DNA of 63,308 bases, the filler included, from Corallochytrium limacisporum Hawaii (lineage: Eukaryota > Protista > Pluriformea), in NCBI GenBank assembly GCA_002811645.1. It is 5 parts of 5 records of this genome, joined end to end, with 100 filler letters (N's around TTAATTAATTAA, not from the genome) between each part and the next. Parts side by side here need not be neighbours in the genome. Positions count along the whole stretch, not along the records: positions 25,124 to 55,079 come from PDIP01000030.1; 4 more parts are not named here. One strand, 5' to 3'. The notes beneath the pieces are model-generated. The model was not told the origin of the DNA. It saw only the letters and a list, made by a program, of their open reading frames with translations, and did not search any database. Both the position numbers and the translations under genes were made by a program. This document shows, piece by piece, positions 41,981-52,288 of this stretch (positions are counted from its first letter, which is position 1; each line of letters begins with the position of its first letter).

Positions 41981-44590
41981 ATGTCGACTTCAGAAGATGC
42001 TGAAGCTAAGAACGACTCCAGTTTGTTGGAGTCTGAAAATTCTGTTCCCAAGGCTAGTGGAACCACATTGACAAGAACACCTTCCATTACTGGGGCATCC
42101 ATATGGAAGCGGAAGAGCGGAAGCAAGGCAGAGATCCGGGACAAGGCTACGGTAACCTATGAAGAAATGTTTATTAGACAGCCAACCATGGCTGCTCAGG
42201 TTGAGAAAGGAGTCAGTTCTCCACGTCTTCCAAGCAGCACCCCAAAGATTTCGGACGTGCCGTCTTCGCCACTAGGGGAAGGTGCGGGTGAATTCGTCGC
42301 TATCGCTTCGATATCTGGAGTTAACCTTCCCAGTGTAGTGGACAGTGATTTTTTGGAGGAATTGTTCCTGGTAAACATTCATCTCGACCACATTGAAAAG
42401 ATCCTGGGTGATTTGACCGCATCCAAAGAGCTGCTTCCACAAAGTCGGAAAAGACTGAGGGAGGTTCTTGACTTTTGTATTATAATTCTGGTAGCAGCAG
42501 ACAATGGTTTCCGCATGCGTCACGCCATTACTTTCTTGTATGCCTTCTGCAAAGTGATGGGATTGGAGAAGCAGCTGGACTGTTCGCGAATGGAAGAATT
42601 TCTCTTTGGCAATTCGTGTGAGGCTATAGAGGATGTCACTGAGGGGAGGCCAAAAGACGATGCGGTGGTTCCTGAGAGGAAACCAGTAGGCTTTGATCAT
42701 GCGGCTGGTGCCGCTCATGACACAACGATCGACAACCCTGGGCGGGAATTGTCCGTGTCATCAACAGGAGGGGTGGCAGGACCAGCTCCACTGGAAAACA
42801 ATTCGCCAGAGCCTACAGTTCCGGATACGCCACGGAAAGCGGCTAGTAAACTGAGTTTGTGGATGGATCAGCCGATGCGTCTGGATAGCACTAAGGTGCA
42901 GGATCGCGCTACTGAATTGGTTAACGCTCTGGCCGCCCTTGTGTCCCATGATCACCTCGGTTTGGACTACCGTCAGATGGGACTTCGCTGTCTGTTGATG
43001 CTCACTCACGCGTCACCAAATCCTCGGGTAAACGGCTGTCTCTACGCCATGCTGAACAACACGTTCTTTCACAGTGTGTTTGACTGCTTCTTGGACGTGG
43101 ACGAACGACAAAATCTGACTTTAACCACAACTTTGTTGTTGAATATCCTGCTTTGGGCTGAAGTGAACTACTATGAGGATTTGGAGGAAATGGGAAAGGG
43201 AACTCCGATCTGCGAGATTTTGGCCACTGTTGAAGATGAGGTTACTCTAGCCGCTCTGGGCACAGTCATGACAAAGCTCTGCAGCGGCAGCATTAATAGC
43301 TTCCAGAACGTTTTCCGGGACACAAAGCAGGCGAGTGGCGGTGGATGGTTTAGTAGCTTGACTAGTGTTTTGGGTTCATTCGTCGATGGCGCCGCTGAGC
43401 GGAAACGCAATCGAACTCGTCTTTTGCAGTCAGATATGTTTACCTTTATGCTACGCTTGCTGATTACCTTGAATGAGCACTTTGATGCTGTGCTTATGCA
43501 CATGGAGCCGATTGAAACCTGTGGTGCAGGCATCGCAGCCCTGTCGGCAACGTCGTCAACGTCAGTGAACACTGCTCAAGGAACGCCTTCGCAGACTGAG
43601 AATGAGCAAGCGATGGAACCTGCAGCTTCTCTCGTCAGTGCCTTCATCACCTTCTGCTCTTATCTATTTAATCTCGACAAACCAGATGTGCGAACGATGG
43701 AAGAAGCGCGCATGTGTTTGGAAGTCATGCAACTCATGTCGGAGGATGCACATACAAACTCGGTCCTGCACGACAACAGTCTGCAGGTGAACACACACAT
43801 TTACCGGAAGAACAAGCGGCGGCAAGCACCAAACCAACCACCAGCGATGCCTCAAGAGATCAGACCTTTGGCGTGCTCTATTCTGGACATTCTTGTTGAT
43901 TTTATCCAGAACAACAAACGCCGAAATCTGAAGACACACGAATATCTCCAGGCGGTCAAGGTCATTCGTCGTCTCCTGTACTATCAAAAGACGAATCGAA
44001 TTCGTCTCTTCTATGAATGGAGTGACCTCTGGATCTCGCTGTTGACGTTGATGGACTTTGTCCACAAAGAAGAAGCTCTTCTTTTGAAGTCCCCGGAAAC
44101 ATGGAAACTGCTTGATGAGGTAGTCAATGTGTTCAACTTCTTTGTAATCCATGGCGATGCGTTCCTGCCGGATCCTCAAGCCTACGATCGGCTGTACTAC
44201 GAAATTAATCGGGCACGGCAGACAGTCGAATACGCTACTGAGGATGCCAAGCGCTACATGGCAAACTCAGAAGATCCTGATATCAAAAGCGCAGCAACCG
44301 CTCTGAACAGCGATCTGACCAATATGCGCAGTATCGTCAAGCACTTTTGCGACAAAATCACTGAATGGGCGGCAGCCAATCAGGAACCATCCATCTCCGT
44401 GGAGCAGGCGGTGATGATCATCCAGAAGAACTACACATCTCTGACCCTGCGCACTCATGCTAACTTTGATCGCTATGCTCTTGGTGACATCCCAGATATC
44501 CGCCCTTCAAAAGCTTTCATCGACCAACTGCACAAAGAGGTTCGCGTTCGATGTCTCACCGATCCTCTATCTGCAGATACCATGCAGTAA
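41981..44590 (+). CDS. ARMH3: Armadillo-like helical domain protein 3 (C10orf76/DUF1741)
   Basis: KATVTYEEMF, FLEELFLV, and a C-terminal region with IRLFYEWSDLW, FNFFVIHGDAFLPDPQAYDRLYYEI, NYTSLTL. Confidence 0.88.
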   Translation: MSTSEDAEAKNDSSLLESENSVPKASGTTLTRTPSITGASIWKRKSGSKAEIRDKATVTYEEMFIRQPTMAAQVEKGVSSPRLPSSTPKISDVPSSPLGEGAGEFVAIASISGVNLPSVVDSDFLEELFLVNIHLDHIEKILGDLTASKELLPQSRKRLREVLDFCIIILVAADNGFRMRHAITFLYAFCKVMGLEKQLDCSRMEEFLFGNSCEAIEDVTEGRPKDDAVVPERKPVGFDHAAGAAHDTTIDNPGRELSVSSTGGVAGPAPLENNSPEPTVPDTPRKAASKLSLWMDQPMRLDSTKVQDRATELVNALAALVSHDHLGLDYRQMGLRCLLMLTHASPNPRVNGCLYAMLNNTFFHSVFDCFLDVDERQNLTLTTTLLLNILLWAEVNYYEDLEEMGKGTPICEILATVEDEVTLAALGTVMTKLCSGSINSFQNVFRDTKQASGGGWFSSLTSVLGSFVDGAAERKRNRTRLLQSDMFTFMLRLLITLNEHFDAVLMHMEPIETCGAGIAALSATSSTSVNTAQGTPSQTENEQAMEPAASLVSAFITFCSYLFNLDKPDVRTMEEARMCLEVMQLMSEDAHTNSVLHDNSLQVNTHIYRKNKRRQAPNQPPAMPQEIRPLACSILDILVDFIQNNKRRNLKTHEYLQAVKVIRRLLYYQKTNRIRLFYEWSDLWISLLTLMDFVHKEEALLLKSPETWKLLDEVVNVFNFFVIHGDAFLPDPQAYDRLYYEINRARQTVEYATEDAKRYMANSEDPDIKSAATALNSDLTNMRSIVKHFCDKITEWAAANQEPSISVEQAVMIIQKNYTSLTLRTHANFDRYALGDIPDIRPSKAFIDQLHKEVRVRCLTDPLSADTMQ

Positions 44591-45396
44591 GAGTACAGTT
44601 GATATCAATCCGCATGCTGTTCATATTGATGCAATACATAGGTACCGTTGTCATCGTCACTTGATCTTCTCACTACCCTCCCATGTCACTGTGATCGGTT
44701 ATGGTCGTCCCCATTAGACCCCTCGGCGTCCTCCAAGTGACCCATAACCCCTTGGCTGCGCTACGGTGCTTTCCCCTGGCCTTCTCGTAGACCTGAAACC
44801 ATTCCAATCCACCCAAGAAACTAAGTGCGCCCCCCCCCCCCAGGGGGGGGGGCGGGGAGAGCCATCCCGGATACAGTAGAGACACCAGCGGGGACAACGG
44901 TCCATTTTCTTCTCCTTTGCCCGCCCCTGGAAGGGCGCGCGCTGCAAACACGCCCAGAAAGAATACGGGGCGCTAGTTGGGACGGTGCTCGCTTTGGCTT
45001 CGTTCGGTGGCGGGCTTGTTTCGTTGGGTGCGTGGTGGAAGAGGGTCCTATCGGTGCGGAGGGTGGGGGTGCGTGGCCTGGTATCGAATACGCCCGCGTT
45101 TGGAACTCATTTATTGCTCACTAGTGGGCCAAAAGTTTTCCGGTCGCGAAGGTTTGTTGTGACTTCGCACAGTAATTTAGTTGTCTACCGACTTGCTTGA
45201 TCACCTGCTAGGTATTTCTTGGAGTTGACAGCTAGGATTATTCAGGGGTTTGAAATATATTTCACAAGGAAAGCAGGTCTATCACTGAACCATGCTGCCC
45301 CCGGGGCAGAGAAATTGAAGGATTTAATACCATAATGCAGAAAGGGAATGGAACGAATATGATCAGCGCTGGATGAGATCGTAGAATACGTTCTAA

Positions 45397-47187
45397 ATGA
45401 CAGACATGACAAATCATACAAAGGCGCCTCGAAAGCGCCGCCGCAACACCGACCGCAGCAACGGGACGGAAGACAGCCAGGAACTGTCCTCAAAGATGGA
45501 AAATGGAGTGAAGGAGGACGTTTCTGCCGCAGGAAGGCTTGAAAATGGCACCAACGAGACTTCACCACCAGAACGAAAACGATACTTCCCATCCGTGCAT
45601 TTTGACCGGTCAGAAAAACCGACAACGGAGCCGATAAATAACGTTCAGGACATGTCCGAAGGGGATATGGGTCAAACCATGCCTAATATGCAGGACGTAA
45701 GTTCGCTGTGTATGAATCCTTTCTACGAGGCCGACGCTGGCGATGAAGGCTTTCTAAATGGAGTCATGATGGGTCGAAAGCAGAAGCAGAACCTGAAGGG
45801 CGGAGAAGAGTTCAATATTCAAATGAAGGACGGAAAGATGGCTCAGCTTAGTACTACACCGTTCACCCACGGCTCATTGCCAAATTTCTTTGATCAAAAT
45901 GAGGCAGAGCGCCTTGTGGATCTCTTGCGGAGCGGGCAGATTCCATTCTATGAAAAGAGCAGTGATCTTTTTGACTTCAAGCAGACGGACGAATTGAGCA
46001 ATCACCCAAACCCATTGATTCAGTCATTACGGAAAGCAATAGTAGAAAGCTGGGCGCCAACTCTTAGTTCACTACTGGATATCAAATTCAGTGGCAAAAC
46101 CAGCATGTTTGGATCACTGTATGAAACTCGAGATCACCTTCTGTGCCACGACGATCAACTGGAGGACAGAAAAGTAGCATTCATTTACTACCTGGTTGAT
46201 CCTGGCTGGAAGTGCGCTGATGATGAAGACGATGGCGGTACACTAGACCTGTTCTCTGTTGACAAAGATGGACAACCACACAAAATTGTGAAGCGTATTG
46301 TACCGGAGTTCAATTCTATGGCTTTCTTTGAAGTTGGAACCACATCATTTCACCAAGTAGGTGAGGTGTTTAGCGGAGACCGTAGGCGATGGGCAATCTC
46401 CGGATGGCTTCACGGTGTTGGGGAGAAAATTATTCGGCCACCCCTTTCCAGGCAGGAAGATCTGCCTGCTCGTCCTCAACTGCCCACCTTGGATGTCCAG
46501 TACTCCCTGGAGGACTTCATCCGCCCCGAATACCTTGAGCATCACAATATGCGGAATCTTCAACAAGCCTTTGAGGAAACAAGCATTATCAAACTGGACC
46601 AATTCTTCCGAGACGATGTGTATGCGGAGTTTGAAAGGGCGCTAGATGCTTGTCCATGGGAGGTAATGGGACCGCCGCATCAACGTGTGTTGTATGCCAT
46701 GGATTTGAGCACAACCCTACCGGCACCGTTGGGAAAGGCGCTGAGCTTCCTAGAGAGTCGGGAATTCATATACTGGCTTAATAATTGCAGTGATCTATTG
46801 CTGGAAGCCACAGAGGAATCACAGGTTGCCAAGCTGACCGCAGGGTGTTACACGGCCCTCAATGACAACGCAGCGGCCAAAGAAAATCGCCTGGAGCTGA
46901 TTTACTTTATGGAAAGGAGCCAGGAGGATTGGGTGGACGAACAGGGTGGCTATATTGCGTACACAGATAGGCATGAGGAACTGGAGCGAGTCCAACCAGC
47001 TCGCAATCGCCTGGCTCTGGTCTATCGCGACACGGAAACCATGCGCTTCATCAAATATCTCAATCGTTACGCGGAAGAGGACGGTTATGTCATTATTTCC
47101 ATATCCTATCGAGAGTACAACGACGATGTGGTTTTTGGCAGCAAGGAAGAGTCCGGATCCAGGCACATGCGACGAGGCTCACAATGA
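45397..47187 (+). CDS. OGFOD1: Ribosomal prolyl 3-hydroxylase OGFOD1/Tpa1
   Basis: HLLCHDDQLEDRKVAFIYYLV, GGTLDLF, SFHQV.EV, RWAISGWLHG, plus a second Ofd1-CTD-like domain (LALVYRD...FIKYLN). Confidence 0.94.
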   Translation: MTDMTNHTKAPRKRRRNTDRSNGTEDSQELSSKMENGVKEDVSAAGRLENGTNETSPPERKRYFPSVHFDRSEKPTTEPINNVQDMSEGDMGQTMPNMQDVSSLCMNPFYEADAGDEGFLNGVMMGRKQKQNLKGGEEFNIQMKDGKMAQLSTTPFTHGSLPNFFDQNEAERLVDLLRSGQIPFYEKSSDLFDFKQTDELSNHPNPLIQSLRKAIVESWAPTLSSLLDIKFSGKTSMFGSLYETRDHLLCHDDQLEDRKVAFIYYLVDPGWKCADDEDDGGTLDLFSVDKDGQPHKIVKRIVPEFNSMAFFEVGTTSFHQVGEVFSGDRRRWAISGWLHGVGEKIIRPPLSRQEDLPARPQLPTLDVQYSLEDFIRPEYLEHHNMRNLQQAFEETSIIKLDQFFRDDVYAEFERALDACPWEVMGPPHQRVLYAMDLSTTLPAPLGKALSFLESREFIYWLNNCSDLLLEATEESQVAKLTAGCYTALNDNAAAKENRLELIYFMERSQEDWVDEQGGYIAYTDRHEELERVQPARNRLALVYRDTETMRFIKYLNRYAEEDGYVIISISYREYNDDVVFGSKEESGSRHMRRGSQ

Positions 47188-47877
47188 TCGTTCGTACTAC
47201 AGTCTCTCTTCACACAATCTGTATTCCATAAACATAAAAGACATTTCTTCTTTCCATCATTTTCCTTTGTTCACCATCGTAACCAGCAGTGAACTATGAA
47301 CTAAAGTATATCTATGTGTGCACGTAGCCTATGTTGTCGTGGGCGTTTTTTCATCACTGTTGTAGCCTGTGGGACCCTGTGGCGCCCGCCCTTGATTCTA
47401 CAGTGGTAGAAGAATCGTGCCCCGGTCGGTGAGATATTATGGTAGTATTCGGGTGGACAGACCCTCCCCCCCCCCACGTTCTTTCGCCGTAAGCCACCAA
47501 GGGGGTCCTGTGTTGTGTCGTTGATCATCTTTGGAGTTCCGGCCCTGATCGATTCTTTGCGCAATGATACGTGATGACAAATAGCGGAAGGAATGCTGTT
47601 GAAGATCTGGAGGAAACTTGTCAGTTTGTTTTGTACTGGTGCCCATTAGAATGAATTCCCTGTTCTGGCGCCACCACGGAAGAAAAAATCGCGTTTGGAC
47701 GGCGGACCGATTAGTAACGGTGTTTGCATGCCTTTTGTTATCGTTCGTTGGGCAGGCACGTTGTTCTCTTTTGTGGCTATTTCGCGGGCAATGATCGTCG
47801 ATGGTAGCATACTCGTCCAGCTTGATCAATGACATATTAGGAGTAACACCTTCCCGAGGTCAGAACCGTGCACCACC

Positions 47878-49818
47878 ATGACTGACATGACCCCTGACCA
47901 GTTGGCCGAGAAGTTTTCGGAATTTAAAATTTCTGCGAATGTGGCCAACCGTAGGTATCTCCTCCGCACGTATCATGACTGCTTTGTGGGAGATGAGGCT
48001 ACGCAGCTCCTCGCCGAGATTTGCAAAGTGAAGATCCCGCAGGCGGAAGAGATTGGCCAGAAATTCCTCAATCAGGGCCTTATCGAGCACGTCACGGGTG
48101 ACCACGGCTTTAAGAATTCCAAGTATTTCTATCGCTTCAAGGACAATCAGGCTGTGGCAGCTGGTGTGCTGCCTCCAGATGGTGACAGTACAACAGACGA
48201 AGACGGCAAACCGTCAGAAGTGGCCGTTCCTGGGGCTGACCACAACGCCGCACCAACACGCGGACATGAATTCACAGGACTCTCCAACGTCTTTCAAGAG
48301 CACCATAAGCACCCTGAGGAGATAATTCTGCCTCGGGATCAATGGAATGACAAATTGCTGGCTAATGTGCATCCTCTGGATTGGCAAAACCCCGACTATA
48401 AGGATCGGTACAACATGGTGGTTATCGGTGCGGGATCCGGCGGCTTGGTTACCGCTGCTATCTGTGCAAGTCTGGGCGCCAAGGTTGCGCTCATCGAACG
48501 TCATCTAATGGGTGGAGACTGTCTAAATGTCGGATGTGTGCCATCAAAGGCGCTGATCCGCGCCGCGCGAGCCGTGTACGAGGTCAAGAATGCAGCAGAG
48601 TTTGGTGTCTCTGTGGAGAGTGTGAAGGTCGATTTTGGCAAGATCATGGAGCGAATGCGCAGATTGCGCTCCGATCTCAGCGACATTGATAGTGCGAAAC
48701 GTTTCAATGAGCTTGGAGTCCACGTGTTCATTGGTGATGCCAAATTCACGGCAAAGGACACTGTCGTGGTGAATGGCAAGACAGCGCTCAAATTCAGCAA
48801 GTGCACCATTGCTACCGGAGGCAGAGCGGGTACGCCTAACATCGAAGGCATTAAAGACGTCGATTTTCTGACCAACGAGACCATCTTTGAGCTCACAGAG
48901 CTACCGAAGCGCATGCTGGTTATCGGCAGCGGTGCGATCGGATGTGAAATGGCTCAGTCGTTTGTCCGTTTCGGCAGTGAAGTCTGGATCTTTGCGCGGA
49001 GTGGCCACTTGCTTGGTTCCGAAGATGTTGAGGCCGTGGAAATCTTGGAGGAACAGTTCCGCAGGGAGAAGATCAATATGCACCTTAGAGTCAAGTACAA
49101 GCGAGTCTACAAGAACGACAAGGGTGAGAAGGTACTTGTAGTTGAAGAGGATGGCAAGGAAGTGGAATTCGTGGGCGATGCGCTTCTTGTCAGCGCCGGC
49201 CGTATTCCGAATGTGTATGGACTGGGACTAGAAGAGGCTGGTGTTGAGTACAATGGTAACCATGGTGTCAAGATCAATGACTATTTGCAGTCCACAAATC
49301 CCAATGTCTATGCCGTTGGTGATGTCTGCAGTACGTACAAGTTTACACACATGAGCGATGCCATGGCACGCATTGTGGCCCGCAACGCTCTTTTCTTCGG
49401 GAAAGGTAAAGTTAGTGCCTTGACCGTGCCATGGGCCACGTACACAGAGCCTGAGGTTGCTCACGTTGGTCTGTACGACCGTGACATCAAGAAGGCCAAA
49501 ACCTTCAAACAGCCGCTGGAAGACAACGACCGTGCTGTGCTCGAGGGCGCCGCAGAAGGCTTCGTCAAGATTCACACTGAAGAGGGTAGTCCTAAGATCC
49601 TGGGAGCAACCATCGTGGCCGCCAATGCGGGCGACATGATCTCCGAAGTATCCGTAGCGATGGCTGGTAATGTGGATCTGCGCACCCTAAGCACAATCAT
49701 CCATCCTTATCCCACACAAGCTGATGCAATCCGGCGCTGTGGCGATTTCTACAACCGCACGCTGCTCAAACCCACCGCTGCAAAGCTACTGAAGACTATC
49801 ATCGATATCCGGCGGTAG
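47878..49818 (+). CDS. DEP domain fused to a MerA-like pyridine nucleotide-disulfide oxidoreductase
   Basis: DEP (NRRYLLRTYHDCFVGDE...GLIEHV...FYRF), then VVIGAGSGG, GGDCLNVGCVPSKA, IGSGAIGCE, YAVGD and IHPYPT. No C-terminal Cys-Cys. Confidence 0.9.
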   Translation: MTDMTPDQLAEKFSEFKISANVANRRYLLRTYHDCFVGDEATQLLAEICKVKIPQAEEIGQKFLNQGLIEHVTGDHGFKNSKYFYRFKDNQAVAAGVLPPDGDSTTDEDGKPSEVAVPGADHNAAPTRGHEFTGLSNVFQEHHKHPEEIILPRDQWNDKLLANVHPLDWQNPDYKDRYNMVVIGAGSGGLVTAAICASLGAKVALIERHLMGGDCLNVGCVPSKALIRAARAVYEVKNAAEFGVSVESVKVDFGKIMERMRRLRSDLSDIDSAKRFNELGVHVFIGDAKFTAKDTVVVNGKTALKFSKCTIATGGRAGTPNIEGIKDVDFLTNETIFELTELPKRMLVIGSGAIGCEMAQSFVRFGSEVWIFARSGHLLGSEDVEAVEILEEQFRREKINMHLRVKYKRVYKNDKGEKVLVVEEDGKEVEFVGDALLVSAGRIPNVYGLGLEEAGVEYNGNHGVKINDYLQSTNPNVYAVGDVCSTYKFTHMSDAMARIVARNALFFGKGKVSALTVPWATYTEPEVAHVGLYDRDIKKAKTFKQPLEDNDRAVLEGAAEGFVKIHTEEGSPKILGATIVAANAGDMISEVSVAMAGNVDLRTLSTIIHPYPTQADAIRRCGDFYNRTLLKPTAAKLLKTIIDIRR

Positions 49819-50617
49819 GCAAGAATGATATCAACACTGCTGAAGACGCTTTGTCTTTCCCCATTTTCACAGCATCACCGAGCTCCTCAGTTTGTTAGAA
49901 CACGAGGAATGCTGCATACCAGCGCCATTAGTCTGCACCATCGTAGCCATTGCCGACTGAGCCTGGTCGCCCACAGGCGACGACGGCAAGTGGCAGAGGA
50001 ACACCGACCGTTGTTAACGACTTCCGCACACCCGGCCCAATCCAACGCCCCCTTCCTCGGAAGGATTGGCAGGTTGCGACGTTGCGAACGACTAGTACGG
50101 AAAACATGGGTCCCGGTGGAGACTGCGAAGGCGTTAGGTCAGGATTCCAGTTTTCCCCTCTCACCCCCCTTCTCCGTTGTTTTCGTCGCCGATGGTCCCC
50201 TTCGTTTGTTTTGGCGGGTAAGAGTGGCGTTCTCCGCCCCGGGAGGGGTGGGGTGTCTGGGCCGAGAAGGAGGAGGACAAGTCGCAGGCCACCTCCGTGG
50301 ACATTTGAGTGCGGCCCCATTCTGATCATCCGTTCCGTTGGGCTGTGATTGGGTTTATGGGACAAATTGTTTGTCTCTTCATGTCAGTATTCTATGAATC
50401 CTTTCTGATGGTTTGGTATAACAGTCCTTCTTAGTGCATTAATACATTCTTTGTACGCCAGTCCGAAGCGTATTGTTAAACGGAATGTAGATTCCAAGAA
50501 TCCCCCCAGAACGACTGGTTGTCTGCATTTCGGGGAATGTGTTAAAGGTATTATGTAGATCATTTGGTACGCGCTGTAATTAAGACCATATAAACAGCAT
50601 ACACATGCTACTACAGC

Positions 50618-52288
50618 ATGAGCGAATTAAGCGAGGTCGGAAAGCGGATCAAGATCTTGCAGGGCTACGGATCCGGATATCTTGCGGCCCACAGCAACAT
50701 AAATCGGTCATACACCTGCAATGGTGCGAAACAGTCCGCATACAGATCAGCGCTTGAGGCAATGTCCAAGGGAAATATCACTACCCGGGACGTTTTGGAA
50801 GCTAATATTATTACGGCAGCAAATGGATTAGTAGGATATGAGGATGGGAAAACTGGTCGCAGTCTGCAGCACCAATATAACTCGTTGCCATCTCTCGACG
50901 GTGAATCAATCACCCGATCGCGGAACTTTCTAGATGCGATGGAAGAAGCCCCCGAACCTGACGAAGGTTCAGAATATCCGCAGGCACCAGGGATCACTGT
51001 TTCTGCGGGACCAACGCAAACCGTGACCGGCCCGCAAACAAAACCAGGGACCAAACTGCCTCCCCAGAACCGGACCGGGGTCATTGGGGCCTCAAACCAT
51101 ACGCTGGCCAGCGTGCCCAATATTGCTGAAGACTCCCAGTTTGCGTCTTCTCCCTCAGTTCAGGAGCCTAGAGGACACCAGCAACAGCTGAGGGGTGATG
51201 GTACGTTCCCCCATGAGCACATGACGAAGCACATTCGTCTGCTAGAAAGGACCAACTTGAGTCTTTTGCAGCAGATCAGTGACCTGGACATCGAAAGGGC
51301 AGAAGCTGTATCCACGCTGGACGCGACGCGGAGAGAGCTTAAGCAGGTGCGTGAAGAGCTATCTGTACTCAAAGGGCAAAGAGATCATGCCGAACTGGAA
51401 GTTGGTCAGAGGAACAGCAAGCTCAAGGAACATGAGGAGACCATAGGTAAGCAGAAGGAGGTGATTGATAACATCCAGGAGCAACTGTTCTGTCGTGATT
51501 TACAGGTAGAAGCCCTCAAGCAGCAGCTCCAGGATGCAGTCCTGGCGCATTCGGAAGCCAGCGAGGAGCACACAAAGCTGCGCGTGGAAATTGACCGCCT
51601 GGAGCAGGGTCTGCGGCGCGAGATCACGGGACGCAAGGAAATGATCCGGGCTGCTGATCGATTCAATGCTGAAAGCAAGGCTAAAGACAACCGGATAGCC
51701 AATCTCCAGGAGCAAGTCAATGAATTCAAAGTGAAGCGCATTTCCTACGATCCCAGTGGCCGAAACACTCGCAAGCAGCTTGAGAAGGAGAGACAGGCTC
51801 GCATGGCCGCGGAGAAGAGAGCATCAAATTTCCAGCAGCAGGTGGGCCTCCTTCAGAAGGATCTCTTGACTGCCCAGAAAACTATTGGCAACATACAGAA
51901 GCGGACCGCCACGGGTCATGGGCATCATGCACCTGCAGTGCGGGCTGGAATCCCAACCTTCAGCACCTTACTGAACCGGGCCCCCAGCCCGAGTAGCCCT
52001 TCTGCCACGCTGTACAATGATGTGGAGGACGAGAACATAGTATTGAAGGACGAGCTCGGTGAGATAAGGAACAAGCTTCATCGTTTGGAGCTTGCGAGCA
52101 AGGGCAAGGAGACAGCCAATCCCTACCAAGGAGAATCGCAAGATCACCGTACCCCCCCGGGTCTGTGCCAACCCCTCCCGACTGCGCAAGCCCACACGGA
52201 TCATCTGGGCAGCCAACAGTCCCATGCGCAGGAGTTGCTCATGGATGCATCCGCCGCAGACCACAGTAATTGGTCCACAGTGGAATGA
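50618..52288 (+). CDS. Coiled-coil protein of unknown function
   Basis: 556-aa ATG ORF with a long central heptad-rich E/Q/K/R/L region and disordered flanks. Confidence 0.85.
   Translation: MSELSEVGKRIKILQGYGSGYLAAHSNINRSYTCNGAKQSAYRSALEAMSKGNITTRDVLEANIITAANGLVGYEDGKTGRSLQHQYNSLPSLDGESITRSRNFLDAMEEAPEPDEGSEYPQAPGITVSAGPTQTVTGPQTKPGTKLPPQNRTGVIGASNHTLASVPNIAEDSQFASSPSVQEPRGHQQQLRGDGTFPHEHMTKHIRLLERTNLSLLQQISDLDIERAEAVSTLDATRRELKQVREELSVLKGQRDHAELEVGQRNSKLKEHEETIGKQKEVIDNIQEQLFCRDLQVEALKQQLQDAVLAHSEASEEHTKLRVEIDRLEQGLRREITGRKEMIRAADRFNAESKAKDNRIANLQEQVNEFKVKRISYDPSGRNTRKQLEKERQARMAAEKRASNFQQQVGLLQKDLLTAQKTIGNIQKRTATGHGHHAPAVRAGIPTFSTLLNRAPSPSSPSATLYNDVEDENIVLKDELGEIRNKLHRLELASKGKETANPYQGESQDHRTPPGLCQPLPTAQAHTDHLGSQQSHAQELLMDASAADHSNWSTVE

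Noticed and set aside
21219-49818. A metal/redox gene cluster (NARFL, GST, CDF, OGFOD1, MerA-like)
   Set aside because: The genes are spread over 28 kb among unrelated housekeeping genes, with no evidence of co-regulation.
47878-49818. Calling the flavoprotein a true mercuric reductase (merA) or DLD
   Set aside because: It lacks the C-terminal Cys-Cys pair and NmerA domain of MerA, and the HPTxxE motif of DLD.
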